Below are positions 62,101 to 64,000 of a stretch of DNA of 64,000 bases, piece after piece. The stretch is from Phoronis australis (lineage: Eukaryota > Animalia > Phoronida): assembly GCA_002633005.1 (NCBI GenBank), contig NMRA01000079.1, positions 58,330 through 122,329 of the forward strand, given 5' to 3'. The notes beneath the pieces are model-generated. The model ran no database searches. It was not told the origin of the DNA and worked only from the letters and a program-made list of their open reading frames with translations. A program made the translations under genes and the position numbers. How positions within the stretch are numbered: the stretch's first letter is position 1; each line of letters begins with the position of its first letter.

Positions 62101-62709
62101 TCACCAAGATAACTTTTTGAAAATTTTGTAGTTCTCGCCATGTTCTTGCCTTCAGTAACTTTACCTGTTGTACCTGTCCGTAATGTGTACGCCCACGTGC
62201 AAATGTGTTTCATTTCGTAAATTTTCCGTCTCACTGGAATTCCTTCTATCAATCTATTCGCTTCTTTTCTTCGAATTTCACAAGTATGACTTTCAATGAC
62301 AATCACGTATTCAATAAGATTATGATATCGGGATATTTCAACAAGACTGTCGGTGGCTGTTCAATTTTACAAAATCCATAAATGGTCACATAACTTCACA
62401 ACAGAATTTTACAAATGCACTCACGCCGGCTCCTTTTTGTATAACGGCTATGGCCCCTTCCCCGTGTTCCTTTGATCCACCTGTAGACACTCCCAAACGG
62501 TAGTACACTTTTCTTACACCGCTATGCGTATCCCATGTCTTAAATACGAGTTTCATCGTGTGGAGCTGGTAAGAATCGTGCACGTACACTTGAGTGTGAC
62601 CATCTTTAACAAGCCACATGTCTGTCAGCTCAGGAGGTGATGAGTCGAAGTGGATAATTCTACTCTCAGATGTTTTGTTACCCATGATATCTGTTGCGCG
62701 AATCCACAC
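44556..62709 (-). CDS. Giant FN3/Ig-like 'DxTPP' repeat protein, 3' 13 exons (2654 aa in window; 5' end outside)
   Basis: Exons 62709-62425, 61875-61541, 61313-60667, 59027-57886, 55478-54695, 54523-54407, 54308-53998, 53825-53718, 52203-52050, 51561-51378, 51010-49452, 47794-46487, 45586-44556. All GT-AG, phases compatible, 7965 nt total. Recurrent motifs DxTPP, G.VYDG...D.DY, WxGFxDxESGI..Y...IGT.PG..D. Confidence 0.92.
46205..46354. mobile_element. hAT-like MITE with 5-bp TSD TTTTA (intronic)
   Basis: TTTTA|CAGGGGCGGTTCCAGG...AAATCCGCCACTG|TTTTA. Confidence 0.75.
46487..47794 (-). CDS. Giant repeat protein exon
   Basis: ttttag|..NDILP...DNEPP...DQTPP...DWLPP...WAL|gtaagt. Confidence 0.92.
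49452..51010 (-). CDS. Giant repeat protein exon
   Basis: ttttag|..SSISIRWFGFNDPHS...DSTPP...DFTPP...GTTVE|gtaaaa. Confidence 0.92.
51378..51561 (-). CDS. Giant repeat protein exon
   Basis: YTVIMQLVPGEKYYVTVKACN...SDGVVADNSPP; phase 1 to 2. Confidence 0.88.
52050..52203 (-). CDS. Giant repeat protein exon
   Basis: GDWDYQQDTTEISANWFGFEDGESDVRYYVAVGT; phase 0 to 1. Confidence 0.88.
52475..52895. mobile_element. Harbinger-like MITE (intronic)
   Basis: GGGTCTGTTTCAGGAAAAGTGACCT vs right end reverse-complemented GGTGTCCGTTTCATGAAAAGTGCCCT. Confidence 0.55.
53085..53164. repeat. Compound microsatellite (GT)n-(AAGT)n
   Basis: Direct reading. Confidence 0.95.
53718..53825 (-). CDS. Giant repeat protein exon
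   Basis: ATNVVGLSAVGNSPIFTCDKSGPAKGYVYDGPDRKQ|gtgagt. Confidence 0.88.
53998..54308 (-). CDS. Giant repeat protein exon
   Basis: IDHVGLS...DTTPP...WEDFSDPHS...YYAQIL; phase 1 to 0. Confidence 0.88.
54407..54523 (-). CDS. Giant repeat protein exon
   Basis: TTPGAVDVREFVDVGQSLATTATGLNLESGKTYYVSVK; phase 1 to 1. Confidence 0.88.
54695..55478 (-). CDS. Giant repeat protein exon
   Basis: VTHEMHL...DTSPP...WWGFVDIEES...YKYGI|gtaagt. Confidence 0.9.
55690..56440 (+). mobile_element. CR1/L2-group LINE 3' fragment, antisense within intron
   Basis: Q.QAARLVL.VP.DTPS..MF..LGWLP...TRFS....LVLP......KSF......WNNLP; 3' stem-loop TAGCCTTTGGCT and AATAAA/AT-rich tail. Confidence 0.8.
57015..57130 (-). repeat. 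Inverted copy of the 33403-33520 repeat
   Basis: Reverse-complement similarity. Confidence 0.7.
57188..57337 (+). repeat. Tandem repeat, 3 x 49 bp, identical units
   Basis: AATAGCCTATTTGAATAGCTCGTGAAACGCGCACGTGATTGGGTTTTTG at 57188, 57237, 57286. Confidence 0.95.
57550..57727 (+). repeat. Tandem repeat, ~3 x 57 bp
   Basis: ATGTGACAGTCTCATATGAAACTAGTCCGACCAGTCGCTCATGACATAAACCATGGA at 57565, 57622, 57679. Confidence 0.95.
57886..59027 (-). CDS. Giant repeat protein exon
   Basis: ttcaag|..TSINLQEIVQFTNV...TTPPRSGVVYD...KTTIK|gtaaat. Confidence 0.9.
59348..59503 (+). mobile_element. ~150-bp Harbinger-like MITE
   Basis: Perfect 13-bp TIR GGGTAGAGTTCAG/CTGAACTCTACCC. Confidence 0.7.
59595..60256 (+). 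mobile_element. Harbinger-like MITE (homologue of 37121-37611), contains gap 59767-59837
   Basis: CGTTTCATAAAA...TTTCATGAAACGGGGC termini; shared internal blocks. Confidence 0.65.
60667..61313 (-). CDS. Giant repeat protein exon
   Basis: YAVADRC...DTTPP...DQTPP...FKWAL|gtgagc. Confidence 0.9.
61541..61875 (-). CDS. Giant repeat protein exon
   Basis: EPCPVGGAPCYCPSIGPC...DNSPP...WLGFVDYESGIRYY. Confidence 0.9.
62425..62709 (-). CDS. Giant repeat protein, most 5' exon in the window
   Basis: cttcag|VWIRATDIMGN...DSSPP...DTHSGV...GAG|gtgagt. Confidence 0.9.
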
Positions 62710-63201
62710 CTGAAGACAAAGGATGCTAAACAATACCTTCAAACGTGAGCAACCTTTTGGTATGTTTCAGCCAAATTACGATGACCGAGTTCGAGTTTTA
62801 ATTACATAATGATCTAGAATTGAGAATCTAAAACATATCAAATTAGACCGATCTACACCTATAAACGCTATGTGTCAGGAATTCTCCGTAAACCCAAAGG
62901 ACGACTCGAACTTCACTCACATGGCGCTACTCTTAAGTCGTGCAAATGCGTGGATTCGGGTAGTCAATGGCTCATGGGCTGTTTTCGGCTCTAAACTTAT
63001 TCATGTTTATAAAGAGGGTACATTCGTAATTAGCACCGTCTAAACTATGGCACAATGCAATGTGCCTTCCATAGAAACTAGAAACTCGCAAAAGCAGCAT
63101 CACTTATGAAAGCGCGAGATAGCACGTGCATTAAGCGAAGCACGTGATCACACTACAGCTTCCTTCGCGAAATTCTTGCGTCTGCGGAACCCGGTATTAG
63201 T

Positions 63202-64000
63202 CACAGGCGCTTGGGTTTATCTGTTCCTCGATCGCAAATTACGTCACTCAATAATACATATAAGAAAACACAAAGGTTGGACACTCGAAATCTGTTTGCT
63301 CAGAATTTTCTACTCAAATGTGCATGGAACTCCACGAAACTAGCATCGGACAACTCTTAGAATACTTTCTTTCATTCGATCTCTTCAAATTGCCTTCGAG
63401 TGGTGATTTGGCGACAAAAATGCCAAAAGAATGCCAAAATCACAAATTCAAGGAAGTGATTCCGTGATGTCATGGCAGACGGCCTTCGCACATCCGGGTT
63501 TTTGACGGACGCTCCCGAGCTAAATCCGAAAGTCTAATTTCGCGCGGCTTTCATCGTCAATCCCTCGACTACTTGATCATGAGAAGCAGAGAGCACTTTA
63601 TTGCCAAGTAAATGTAATTACTCACATATTTGTGTCAAATATAAATTATCCTGATACTGTACTGATATGCGAAGTTTTTTGTGTACTGTGATTTCTTATG
63701 AAGGTTTTACTTTTGGCCAAAACCATTGAGTTAACTCGTCGGCCACGCGCATTGTAATACTTGCACGGCCGAGTGTGTGTTGTGCTTCAATCAAAAAGTG
63801 CGTGATGTCAAGATGAGAAACAAGATACGCCAGTTTATGTAATAAAATTCTAAGTTAAGGGCTAAAATGAGCCGTCAGTGGAATAAAGTTACAAATAATC
63901 TTTAAAATTTTTAAAATACTTTTAAATTAACATTCTCAATTAGTTGAGTTTTGGATTAGAATTATTGAATTTGAAATATAGGTTGCTTGCACAAACTCGA
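63202..64000 (+). mobile_element. CACAG-terminated 8-bp-TSD element, copy 3 (runs off the window)
   Basis: Highly similar to 16757-~17550; starts CACAGGCGCTTGGG. Confidence 0.9.

Overview
AT-rich eukaryotic (metazoan, probably marine invertebrate) scaffold with spliceosomal introns and N-gaps; not prokaryotic, and I see no CRISPR or rRNA. Four protein genes can be reconstructed by hand, all on the minus strand and all predicted extracellular or membrane: (1) a small secreted single-MAM-domain protein (~4.7-12.4 kb); (2) an intronless somatomedin-B + Cys-repeat + Methuselah/secretin-like 7TM GPCR (24.7-27.3 kb); (3) a two-exon CD225/dispanin protein (36.0-38.0 kb); (4) the 3' 13 exons (2654 aa, all splice phases compatible) of a giant protein made of ~15 'DxTPP / WxGFxDxESGI' FN3/Ig-like modules, continuing beyond the window (44.6-62.7 kb). 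Intergenic and intronic DNA is dense in mobile elements: L1/Tx1 and CR1-group LINE relics, a deleted Academ relic abutting a non-autonomous TAG...CTA element, a 1.1-kb CACAG-terminated element with 8-bp TSDs (3 copies), hAT-like MITEs with 5-bp TSDs, Harbinger-like MITEs, a THAP-encoding Kolobok-like element, a 50-bp TTAA mini-element, tRNA-derived SINE heads and tandem repeats. Family names come from motif recognition only; no database search was run.
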